From: an uncultured virus (IMG/VR IMGVR_UViG_3300003322_000453)
Taxonomy: Duplodnaviria > Heunggongvirae > Uroviricota > Caudoviricetes
Reading direction: 5' to 3' (one strand)
Virus record (IMG/VR): IMGVR_UViG_3300003322_000453
DNA: 20,000 nt
Shown in pieces: positions 7,901-15,600 of the stretch (within the stretch, counting starts at the first letter, position 1; every line of letters begins with the position of its first letter). Under the pieces are notes generated by a model. It worked only from the letters and a program-made list of their open reading frames with translations, was not told where the DNA came from and made no database searches. The translations under genes were made by a program, and so were the position numbers.

Positions 7901-10106
7901 ATATGGGCAGAATGGCCCTGTGAGCTTCCAGACTTCCGAGGGATCAGAAGGTATGGCAGAGGGGGAGAAACCCCCCACAGCGGGCGATTCTGAGCCACCA
8001 GAGCCTATCACAGACACAGTTTCTAAACCCCCAGAAGGAATGAAAGAACGCTCCTTACCGAAGACCCTTGCCACACACGGATTACCTGAAGGTGAGAATC
8101 TATATTACAAAGAAGCACCTAACAATGAGACAGTTGAGAAAGCCAATAACATAATTACAGAGAAAGGCATTGATGGTGCAACAGAATGGCTCTCCTCTAG
8201 CGACATCCTAAACGCTGAACACACAGCAACAGGTCTTATCTTAATAGATCAACTACAACAAAAAGGCCAAACCGCCAAGGCTATTGATCTAGCATCTACA
8301 CTAAGCGAAAAACTAACCCGCTATGGTCAAGCAGTACAGGCAGTTAGGGTGTTGGATAAATTCAGTCCTGCTAGGCAACTTGTTATTACTTCTAAGATAT
8401 ATGATAAATACCATCCCGGCGAGACGATGCCAGTTGAAACAGCCAATACTATAACCACCGAAGCTACTAATATTAGAAAAAATATAGACACTATCCATAA
8501 AGTATCAATCGTTCTAGATAAAGTTGAAGACCCTTTTATTAAGGATAATCTCATAGAAGGGCTACAGAAGATCATCAAAGACACTGCTAAGAGCAAAGTT
8601 AAGCTTGCTAAGACCATAGAAAACATGAGTCCTTGGAAGAGACTTCAACGCAAGTTGTCTAAGCTTAATATATTAAGAGCTATTGAAGCCTCAGTTGATC
8701 TTAGCGCCCCCGGTAGACAAGGGATGATCTTTTCCGTAACCCACCCTCTACTATCAGGTAAGGCATTTTATAAACAACTCCAAGCACTTTCTAAAAACCC
8801 TGAAGCCTATAAGGAGTTTGAATCCACCAATCTCTATAACGACCCAATGTATGACTTCTCTCGACAAGCCGGTGTAGACTACACCACTGCTAGTGCATCT
8901 GGTATGCATGATTTATCAAAAGCGGAAGAAGAATTCATGACAGGGCTTTTTGAAGATTGGGCCGCTTCGGATTCGTCTATCAAACGTACCTTAGCCGCGC
9001 CTGTTATTCGCAGTGAACAAGCCTATGTTACGTTCTTAAATCACCAGCGTTTATCAGTGTTCAAACTCTATAACAAAGCTCTTTTAAAAGCTGGAATTCC
9101 TATGTATAGTCGGGTGGAGTTCCAAGCTATTGATAGAGCAACAGGGGAGATTGTAGAGAAAACCAAAACTCGGGGTGATCTGGCTAAGTATGAGGACAAC
9201 CCTGCTTATCAGATCAAAGATGCCTCTGTAATATCTAAAGACTACCAATATATGGCAGATTTTATCAACAAAGCAACAGGCAGAGGGAACTTAGGTAAAG
9301 GTCGCATTGCTGGGGCGGTTCCTTTCCTTAATAGTATTCTATTCAGCCCCAAGTACGTTGCTTCTAGATTCCAACTAATAGCCGAACCTATTAAACTTCT
9401 AACCCCAAAAACTCACTTAAAGATAGGTGGTAAAGAAATCCCACATCCTACTCTTAAAATCAGTGGTAAGCTTAGATACTTAGTAGCAAAAGACCTTACC
9501 ATTTTCGCTGGCGCTGTTGCTGGTTCACTCTACTTAGTAAACAATCTTAAAAAGATGGGCGTGGATGCTGAAGTTTCTACAAACCCTGAAGACCCAGACT
9601 TTCTAAAAGCCCGTATAGGCTCCGCGCATTATGATCTAACTGGTGGATTTCAAGGCAATCTACGTATGCTATTTCAACTCTTCAACTACTTTGAAGATAA
9701 ACCAAACCTTGTTAAACAGGGTGCTTATTTAAGGGAGAAAGGAACCGGAGAGTATAGAAAAACAGGTAGAGACATTGCTTATGAATTCCTAGAACGTAAG
9801 CTCGCTCCTATACCGGGCTTTATAACCGGTGCTATAAGTGGGAAGTCTAAAGATTATGATAAACTAGGAAAAAGACTTGACTTTGAAAGGACTCCTGAAT
9901 TACCTTTGGTTGGTAAGATTGAGACGTTTAAAGGTACACCTTTAGAACGTCCATCGAATTATTGGAATGAGTTCTCTAAGCTATTTGCACCTATTACTAT
10001 AAGGGATTTCTATCAAGCTTATGAAGATGAAGGAGTAGGAGGGATTATTAAATCCTCGCCGGGTATACTTGGTGTAGGAACACAGATTTATAAGAAAAAG
10101 AAATAA
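4929..10106 (+). CDS. Large polyvalent internal virion (ejection) protein with N-terminal M15-type peptidoglycan peptidase and central zincin metallopeptidase
   Basis: 1725 aa. RTPQEQ...SYHLYGDAVDI...HVHV (about 5045-5250) matches M15/LAS motifs. HELAH (7383-7397) is followed by EEGFARGFEAY. The C-terminal region is helical. Confidence 0.75.
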   Translation: MQELTFSDKDITYKDLGDDPLSTISKEAHRFNLSLGSNKRTPQEQQALIKQGKTKATNSYHLYGDAVDITGDRVNMQKFYQHMKSTYGSNLAELIHNDTDHADHVHVAWNSRTSKPQQQEGEITFSNDDISTPSSVPNVDINKANQHLISGILALNPLTAGINPDVIKGMSDTNSKPRGSTLIKKQPPREPFKPSEYENQLAQQFEQYKQQGNIEAANNIGLELQQKGWEFGSTRDDNNKEWPYIKAPIYKPSRVLGKYESSQPYKGTDYNIAQQETEREQQLRQEEFNRNDNRGVIRKFTEGLGAGISETVDTMGAGALRLGSDIASIPGKIDNAFWNATTSQEYRDKLARNEKPTIKPLDQNILERGTTYLQKRAANAQEEQQLKGSTLVSKAGHTIGGLAPLFIPGGGQVAFGVESGLVSYGAGEPLDKAILTGLMSVKGAEAAGLLSKTLEREVVPVVARELASLAKQPSLAGKMGAATRNVIESVKNVPTKLEPYAARTMGQVIGLPLMQAGTGQGVPITKEDIAHTILMAMGFGISGHNKPSDVSENGENGRVRLNKKGSSDVKIEPKSTEDQTKAIEFITKFADPSEGNDPEVVQEMIRTLKTSGALPEGFKLEQPIVEQPTIIEPTVKSKKEEITFKPEDITKEPTSLEQIPAPIEHQPSKEAWENLGKEQSVDIESSNIEHENPIALAQPAEPLGTTEKPQVSTKQEFAKSLVEKWKYQPLWATVSSELAEARANTWANDTGKPKEEWYHTRLSTVGDYQDFVKLMGDPMEIAKAQGYSGDIIPRAVSTVQDGKGLIFALQQPNKTSAVHELAHIFRRMDLEGEHLKTAEDWLGVKDGNWTVEHEEGFARGFEAYLASGEAPTPQLKKVFDYFKNWIVNIYKAVTKVPKGGNPLEIKISPEVKGMFDSLLGKESTKENAKETTKEFPSTSDGILTIEPSPSGDGYRVKNNENGLFTVKYKSLEQAQERLKVEQGGGEGATLEYGQNGPVSFQTSEGSEGMAEGEKPPTAGDSEPPEPITDTVSKPPEGMKERSLPKTLATHGLPEGENLYYKEAPNNETVEKANNIITEKGIDGATEWLSSSDILNAEHTATGLILIDQLQQKGQTAKAIDLASTLSEKLTRYGQAVQAVRVLDKFSPARQLVITSKIYDKYHPGETMPVETANTITTEATNIRKNIDTIHKVSIVLDKVEDPFIKDNLIEGLQKIIKDTAKSKVKLAKTIENMSPWKRLQRKLSKLNILRAIEASVDLSAPGRQGMIFSVTHPLLSGKAFYKQLQALSKNPEAYKEFESTNLYNDPMYDFSRQAGVDYTTASASGMHDLSKAEEEFMTGLFEDWAASDSSIKRTLAAPVIRSEQAYVTFLNHQRLSVFKLYNKALLKAGIPMYSRVEFQAIDRATGEIVEKTKTRGDLAKYEDNPAYQIKDASVISKDYQYMADFINKATGRGNLGKGRIAGAVPFLNSILFSPKYVASRFQLIAEPIKLLTPKTHLKIGGKEIPHPTLKISGKLRYLVAKDLTIFAGAVAGSLYLVNNLKKMGVDAEVSTNPEDPDFLKARIGSAHYDLTGGFQGNLRMLFQLFNYFEDKPNLVKQGAYLREKGTGEYRKTGRDIAYEFLERKLAPIPGFITGAISGKSKDYDKLGKRLDFERTPELPLVGKIETFKGTPLERPSNYWNEFSKLFAPITIRDFYQAYEDEGVGGIIKSSPGILGVGTQIYKKKK

Positions 10107-10130
10107 CCCACAAGTAGGTTATTGTTTTAG
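10102..10130 (+). terminator. Possible weak intrinsic terminator
   Basis: AATAACC-8nt-GGTTATT hairpin overlapping the stop codon, followed by GTTTT. The stem is AT-rich. Confidence 0.25.
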
Positions 10131-10197
10131 GTGTTTTAGGTAAAAGCTGCTAAGGGACTGGGTATGATTTAGAGCTTGTATAATAACAGGAGATAAA

Positions 10198-10695
10198 ATG
10201 TCTAAACAGCCAGTCAACGGTAAGTATATTTCCCCTGATACCGATATAGATCATGATACCGATATAGATAGGGAAGAAGAAATGACAAGTACAGAACGCA
10301 TAGACAAACTCACAGAAAGCGTTACTATACTAGCACAAGAGCTAACCAAACTAGCGGCGAAGAATGAACTAGAACAACAACAGTCGCGGGAGATAATGCA
10401 CAGGATTGCTAATAGTTTAGATAAACCTCCTAAGAATGGCGTAGGAGATTGGATTAAATATGGCATCAGCTTGGCTATAGTAATAGTCGGTTGGGCCTTT
10501 AGTGGATTTGTTGTTATAAAAAACACTGAGACAGAACTTAGAGTATCTAATGCTGTAAGAGAAGAAAGAGATAAAGGCTTTGTAAATACAATAGAAGATT
10601 TTAAGAAAAATGTCTATAGAGACTTAGCACTTGCTGATGAACGATATAGACAATTATCAATAGACATGGAAACTTTGAAAAAGAAAGGAAGGTAA
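10198..10695 (+). CDS. Single-TM membrane protein with flanking coiled coils (lysis-module candidate)
   Basis: TM segment YGISLAIVIVGWAFSGFVVI; heptad-like segments on both sides; AGGAG RBS. Confidence 0.6.
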   Translation: MSKQPVNGKYISPDTDIDHDTDIDREEEMTSTERIDKLTESVTILAQELTKLAAKNELEQQQSREIMHRIANSLDKPPKNGVGDWIKYGISLAIVIVGWAFSGFVVIKNTETELRVSNAVREERDKGFVNTIEDFKKNVYRDLALADERYRQLSIDMETLKKKGR

Positions 10696-10699
10696 CAAG

Positions 10700-10978
10700 A
10701 TGCCAGGATTCCCAGACAAAATCATAATCAATAGTTGGCGAGATAGTGGTATGAATTCTCTTATAGATTGTGATGTAGAGAGTTTAAAATACCTCGCTGA
10801 AGAGTTGGAAGAGATGGATAAGACAGGACAACTTTCGTTGAAAAACACTCTTGACCTCAGAGATAGGATGTTAGCTGCTTGTGATAAGTATAACAAGGCT
10901 CAAATGACTTATCATGAGGAGTTACAGAAGTTAATCGAGGAAACTAGAGTTAGAATAGACAAAGCTTTAGGACTTTAG
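10700..10978 (+). CDS. Hypothetical acidic helical protein
   Basis: 92-aa ORF 4 nt after the previous stop, with GGAAGG RBS. Confidence 0.55.
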   Translation: MPGFPDKIIINSWRDSGMNSLIDCDVESLKYLAEELEEMDKTGQLSLKNTLDLRDRMLAACDKYNKAQMTYHEELQKLIEETRVRIDKALGL

Positions 10979-11001
10979 CAAAGGTCTACAACAAAGAAAA
11001 A

Positions 11002-11292
11002 ATGACCACCGCTAACGACTACAAACGACTAGAACTAAAACTAGCCGAGCTAAGTTCCATCACCGAACGGGTGGTTGAGAAAGTCGCTACTATGGATAGC
11101 AAAGTAGATAAGGTTTCCACTAAGCTAGATAATCTCCAAGACACTAAGGTAAATAATACAATAACCGACATAGCCGTGCTAAAGGAAAAGGTTTATAGAC
11201 TTCAATCCATAGTTTATGGGTCTATGTCGGTTATTGGTGTACAAGGGCTAGTTATTATAGGAGGGATTATATTATGGCTGGTGAAGAGATAG
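11002..11292 (+). CDS. XhlA-like coiled-coil protein with C-terminal TM (holin-like)
   Basis: About 65 aa of coiled coil followed by the hydrophobic tail IVYGSMSVIGVQGLVIIGGIILWLVKR, the usual XhlA-type architecture in phage lysis modules. Confidence 0.55.
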   Translation: MTTANDYKRLELKLAELSSITERVVEKVATMDSKVDKVSTKLDNLQDTKVNNTITDIAVLKEKVYRLQSIVYGSMSVIGVQGLVIIGGIILWLVKR

Positions 11293-11708
11293 ATTTAGAG
11301 GAGTTAAAAGCTAGGCTCCATAACCTTAGATTATCTATAGATAAAACCAGATGGACAGAGATGTTGGCGTCTAGTGTACCAGCTTTGTTAGTGGAAGAAA
11401 CTGGGTATATAATAGACGAAACTCCCTTGGCTGATGAGATGTTTGGATATATACAAGGGGAATTAAGAGGAAAGAATATTAAGGTTTTAATCCCAGATAG
11501 ATTTCATGAAATGCATGATGTTCACCTAGCTAGGTTCTGGGATGATCCTACAACTAGGAGTATGGGGAGTAGGTTTACTGAAGAAAGACCTATAAATATA
11601 GTAGGTAGAAAAAGAAAAGGAGAGGAAATAAGACTTGCTATAGGGTTATTTCCTCAGATGGTAGATGATGCTAGGTGCGTGTTGGTTACTTTCGCGGAGA
11701 GAATATAA
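11274..11708 (+). CDS. Stand-alone PAS-domain protein, FixL-like (possible heme sensor)
   Basis: ALLVEETGYI...ADEMFGY...ELRGKNIKVLIP...HDVHLARF...RSMG...IVGRKRKGEEIRLAIGL matches the PAS S-box/PAC pattern. It has its own AGGAGG RBS at 11259-11264. Confidence 0.85.
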   Translation: MAGEEIDLEELKARLHNLRLSIDKTRWTEMLASSVPALLVEETGYIIDETPLADEMFGYIQGELRGKNIKVLIPDRFHEMHDVHLARFWDDPTTRSMGSRFTEERPINIVGRKRKGEEIRLAIGLFPQMVDDARCVLVTFAERI

Positions 11709-11722
11709 GCTTGGGGCTTGAG

Positions 11723-11893
11723 TTAAAATGGTTTCTGTAAATTATTCTCCGCTATAAACCTCTTCATAATCCCTAAACATTCCTCTGTTATAACCTGAAT
11801 CTCTTTTTCTATTAAAAACCTTTGGTTCTTTCTAATAGCGTTGCTTATAGATTCTCTAAGTTTATCTTCATCAAAATCGGTTGACGTTGCCAT
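11723..11893 (-). CDS. Small hypothetical protein
   Basis: Probable start is the ATG at 11893 (MATSTDF...), 1 nt after the upstream stop; the ORF track uses 11905. Confidence 0.5.
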   Translation of the reverse strand: MATSTDFDEDKLRESISNAIRKNQRFLIEKEIQVITEECLGIMKRFIAENNLQKPF

Positions 11894-11894
11894 T

Positions 11895-12143
11895 TTACAA
11901 TTCAACCTCTATTCCTTCTGGTGTCATCCAGCCATTACCCTCATTAACTCCACACTCCATATATCCTTTATCATTCCATTTCTCTAATAAAAACTGTACT
12001 CTCTTAGGATTCATACCTAAGCTTTCACCAACTTCTCTAGGAGTTTCATATTCTAAAGGTCTATCTTTAATATAAGGTTCATATGGTGAACCTGTACGTT
12101 TTTTGATTTCTCTATACAATATCTTTTCATCTTCTTTAATCAT
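11895..12143 (-). CDS. Small winged-helix-like protein
   Basis: TPREVGESLGMNPKRVQFLLEKWNDKGYMECG resembles an HTH plus wing; GGAGG RBS. Confidence 0.55.
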   Translation of the reverse strand: MIKEDEKILYREIKKRTGSPYEPYIKDRPLEYETPREVGESLGMNPKRVQFLLEKWNDKGYMECGVNEGNGWMTPEGIEVEL

Positions 12144-12291
12144 TTAAAAACTCCTCCATTGATATTTCCATATCACTTTCTAAGGCTATATCTATATAGA
12201 ACAGATAACCCATTTGACATAGACACATAGCGTTATGGTTGTAACCTTCGTTTAGAAAGAACCATGAGCCACACCAATAACAATAGAGCAT
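12136..12291 (-). CDS. 51-aa Cys-rich, putative Zn-binding protein (not in ORF track)
   Basis: MLYCYWCGSWFFLNEGYNHNAMCLCQMGYLFYIDIALESDMEISMEEFLND. Perfect AGGAGG RBS; the stop overlaps the next start; it fills the apparent gap. Confidence 0.65.
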   Translation of the reverse strand: MLYCYWCGSWFFLNEGYNHNAMCLCQMGYLFYIDIALESDMEISMEEFLND

Positions 12292-12313
12292 TTTAGCCTC
12301 CTATTAATTATTA

Positions 12314-12610
12314 CTAGCCCCAAATAACCATGTCTGAAAAGTAGGGCTTCATTTGATTATATAACTGTTTAGCTGTCATATTAGACTTCTTAGCAAAGAT
12401 TAAGGTAAATGACAATGGATGCAATGCAACATACCAGTCATCATCTTCTCCATCCATATAGTATTTTCTTTCTATAGTATCAAACAAATCTTTATACACT
12501 ATCATGTTCCTAGAATAGTATAAGAATATCCAATAATCCTTAGATTTAAATAAGTCTAAGAAAATACTTCTAATAGCATTAGCATCTTCTAATCTTATTG
12601 GTAAAGTCAT
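12314..12610 (-). CDS. Hypothetical protein
   Basis: 98-aa ORF starting 2 nt after the polymerase stop, with GGAG upstream. Confidence 0.55.
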   Translation of the reverse strand: MTLPIRLEDANAIRSIFLDLFKSKDYWIFLYYSRNMIVYKDLFDTIERKYYMDGEDDDWYVALHPLSFTLIFAKKSNMTAKQLYNQMKPYFSDMVIWG

Positions 12611-12612
12611 AA

Positions 12613-15600
12613 CTAATCCATCTCCGCCATATTCTTACCTATCTTGCTATCAGCCGCACAGAAAAATCCATCCGGCATAGTTTCATTCTTTAACACTTCA
12701 CTTTTTCTCTCCATCACCTTCTTAACTTCCGATATACATTCATCTGCATCTTTAACTAATGGCTCATATACTAGACTATCATGTATAGTGTTAATAAGTC
12801 TAAACTTCTCATTCAATCCCATCTCTTCTAACAACAACATTGTCTCTCTCATGTGGTAATGCGCGTTATTAGAAACCGGAAACGCCAACGCCTGTTCTGC
12901 TTGCTCGCCTTTCTTAGTAGTAACAGTATTCCCAAACTTATCATACTTAACCTGACTTGCGCCAAAGAACCATCGCCTAGCACCATATGCACTTTGGATA
13001 AACCCCTTAGTATCTGCTTCTATAATAGTCCTAGCTTGCCACTGAAAGAGTTTAGGAAACAATCCCCTTACAACATCATAAACCGCCTTAACCTTTTTCT
13101 TCCCTGCCGCTTCTATTAACTTAACTATCTGCTCCTCAGTTGGATGTTTTCTAAAGCTTTTGGAGGCTAATATCTCCTCCCTAGTAGGTGAGAAATCTTC
13201 CATATACCGTTTAAAACATCCTTCTTCACTAAGGCCAAAGTTTATTCCATGTACAACATGCTTGATTTGATCATCTCTAAGCTTCTTATACTGCTTCTTG
13301 ATCTTTCCTAGGAACTCTACCAATTTCTCATCAGTCATTTCTAACGCCAGTTCTATACCCGGAAATCCTACAACATGGCCTGTAACAAAACTATGTGTGT
13401 CAAAACTAGCTATTCTAAGATAGGAAGAATCCATAGCAAGAAACCCCATCATTTTGTTATGGAATCCTCTGTAGTCTAATGAGACTAAAACCCTACCTTC
13501 TGTGGCTTCAATACATTCTTTAAACTTCTTAGCTAGTGTTGAGTGAACCGGGTAGTTTTGGACGTTAGGGTTACGGCTAGAAAGTTGACCGCTAGCAGGG
13601 CGGAAGGTATAGGTGGTGTGGATTCTATATTCATTCCTACTACATATACCACATTTAATAGTATATATCCCTTGTGAATCTCCCCCGTTTATATAATAAC
13701 CATTACATTGAGGATTACCACATCTTTCCTTGATTGCTTTATATCCATCAATATAAGTCCCCTTAATTTTAGAAAGCTCCTTAAACTCTACAATCAATCT
13801 ATATGCCTTGTTATTAGTTTTCTCCGCAAGCTTCTTTAACAATATCTTACTTGTAGAAACATTATCTTTCTTAGGACTCGCGTTCTTAAACCCCTCTATT
13901 TCTAACCTTGAGAATTCTGAGCCTAGTTCATTATCATAATCTCTTTTCAAACTAACCGTAAGCTTCCTCGCCAATTCCTCATGACCGTTATATTTTATAA
14001 GGTCTGAAACCTGATCCACACTATTAGGATTAAACTCCAACAGCTTAACCCATCTTCTTTCCACCCTAGCATCACTCTTATTAAACACCACTCCTAGCTT
14101 CATCAACTCTAACTCTTCTTTACTCAACTCGTTGCTTAAAACAAAATCCCTCTGCACAAACCCTGTTTCATTAAATATCCATTCCTCACTAGGCATCGCG
14201 TTAGATGTTCCCTCTTGAATCATATACCTCAACTTAGCTTGCTCCACTTCCTTTGGCACTCTCTTATACCCTTCAACCTTGTTAAGCTTCTCAAAACTAT
14301 CAGGGATATATTGTTTCAACTCTTCTCTTATCTCAAAACTCCTACCTCCTATAACCTTTCCTCTCTCATCCAATAGCTCTATCTCATCTCTAAACTTTTG
14401 TTGTTTCTCTACGTTGATAGGAAGCCCTCTAACCTGTATTTTCTCTAACACTGGCTTCAACTGTCTAACATAACGATCATAAGAATCCCACATCCCTCGC
14501 GCTTTCATTTTATCTGGTAATGAAGCCATGATATATTGTACGCTGGTGACATCAGCTATACCATAAAAGGGGAGGTTAGAACCAGAAAGATGTTTCCACG
14601 CAAAGGGGAAGCAATTTGATACTAATCCTCCTTCTGTGTAAAATCTATGCGTTGGATGATCTACAGTTATACAATATCTAGTATTATACTCTCTCAATAC
14701 TCCTGATTCCCTATAATCTTTTACAACAGCTGATACAAAATCTATCATTGGAACTTGTTTATCTAACCAGCCGTTATATCTACCTCTATACTTTTCTGGT
14801 AATTTTCTATACATAGAAGGAGGAACATATTGAGCTATTCTAGAGAAAAACTCATCTCTAGAATAAGTTCCTATATATGCTTGTTTTCCACTTTTATAAT
14901 TTCCTAATCTTACATTATTACCAAACTCATTTACTAGCCATTGCATGACTTCATCTACATTATATTGTTTCTTTATTGCAAGAGCTATAGTACCATCCCC
15001 CGACTTTCTATTATTAAACTTCTTCCAACTCCCATCATCACAATACCAGATAGCTAAGGCTGCATCAGATGGAGGAGGAACAAATCTTTTCACTCCATTA
15101 GGATAAAATTTGTTCCTCCAATAACTAGGAATTCTTACATAAAATGTGCAAGAAGTTCCATTTCCATTTGGTTGTATTGTAATATTATCTTCACTTAATC
15201 CAAAGTTTTTGGCTTTGGCTATAGCATAATCTAATTGAGTTGTAGAATGTAAGGTAGCTAGTTGATTATTTTCTCCTATATAGCTATCTCCTAGTATCAT
15301 CCCATGTATCAAATCTGTGTTACCAGAATTAGATAAGTATAATTTATCTCCTACTATCACATTCTCCGCTAGTTTCCAACCATCATTAACAAATATTTTA
15401 TGATCTGGTGTGCAATATATAGGCTGTTTGTGGCTATTAGTCCTTATAACTATCCATTTCTGTCCTTTGTTTTCTGTTTTGTGCCAGTCTGTTATATGCA
15501 CAGGAATTATGTTTCCATTTTCATCCATCCCTCTTATAGTTAATCTTAATTTCTTGTCCACTATTTCTTTAATAGTTAGAGACTCTCCTATATACTGAGG

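Noticed and set aside
10156..10184. Perfect TATAAT at 10179-10184 as a promoter for the membrane-gene cassette
   Set aside because: No acceptable -35 or TGn extension, and it is very close to the RBS. It may be chance in AT-rich DNA.
10236..10269. 16-nt direct repeat TGATACCGATATAGAT with 18-nt period
   Set aside because: Only two copies, an in-frame micro-duplication (DTDIDH/DTDIDR). It is not a CRISPR array or att site.
222..10896. Minus-strand ORFs in the track within the structural arm (for example 222-467, 1641-1910, 7595-8074, 10251-10526)
   Set aside because: They are antisense shadows of long, coupled + strand genes with RBSs, and carry no motifs.
11255..11295. Programmed -1 frameshift fusing the holin-like protein to PAS
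   Set aside because: No X XXY YYZ slippery site in the overlap, and the PAS gene has its own AGGAGG RBS.
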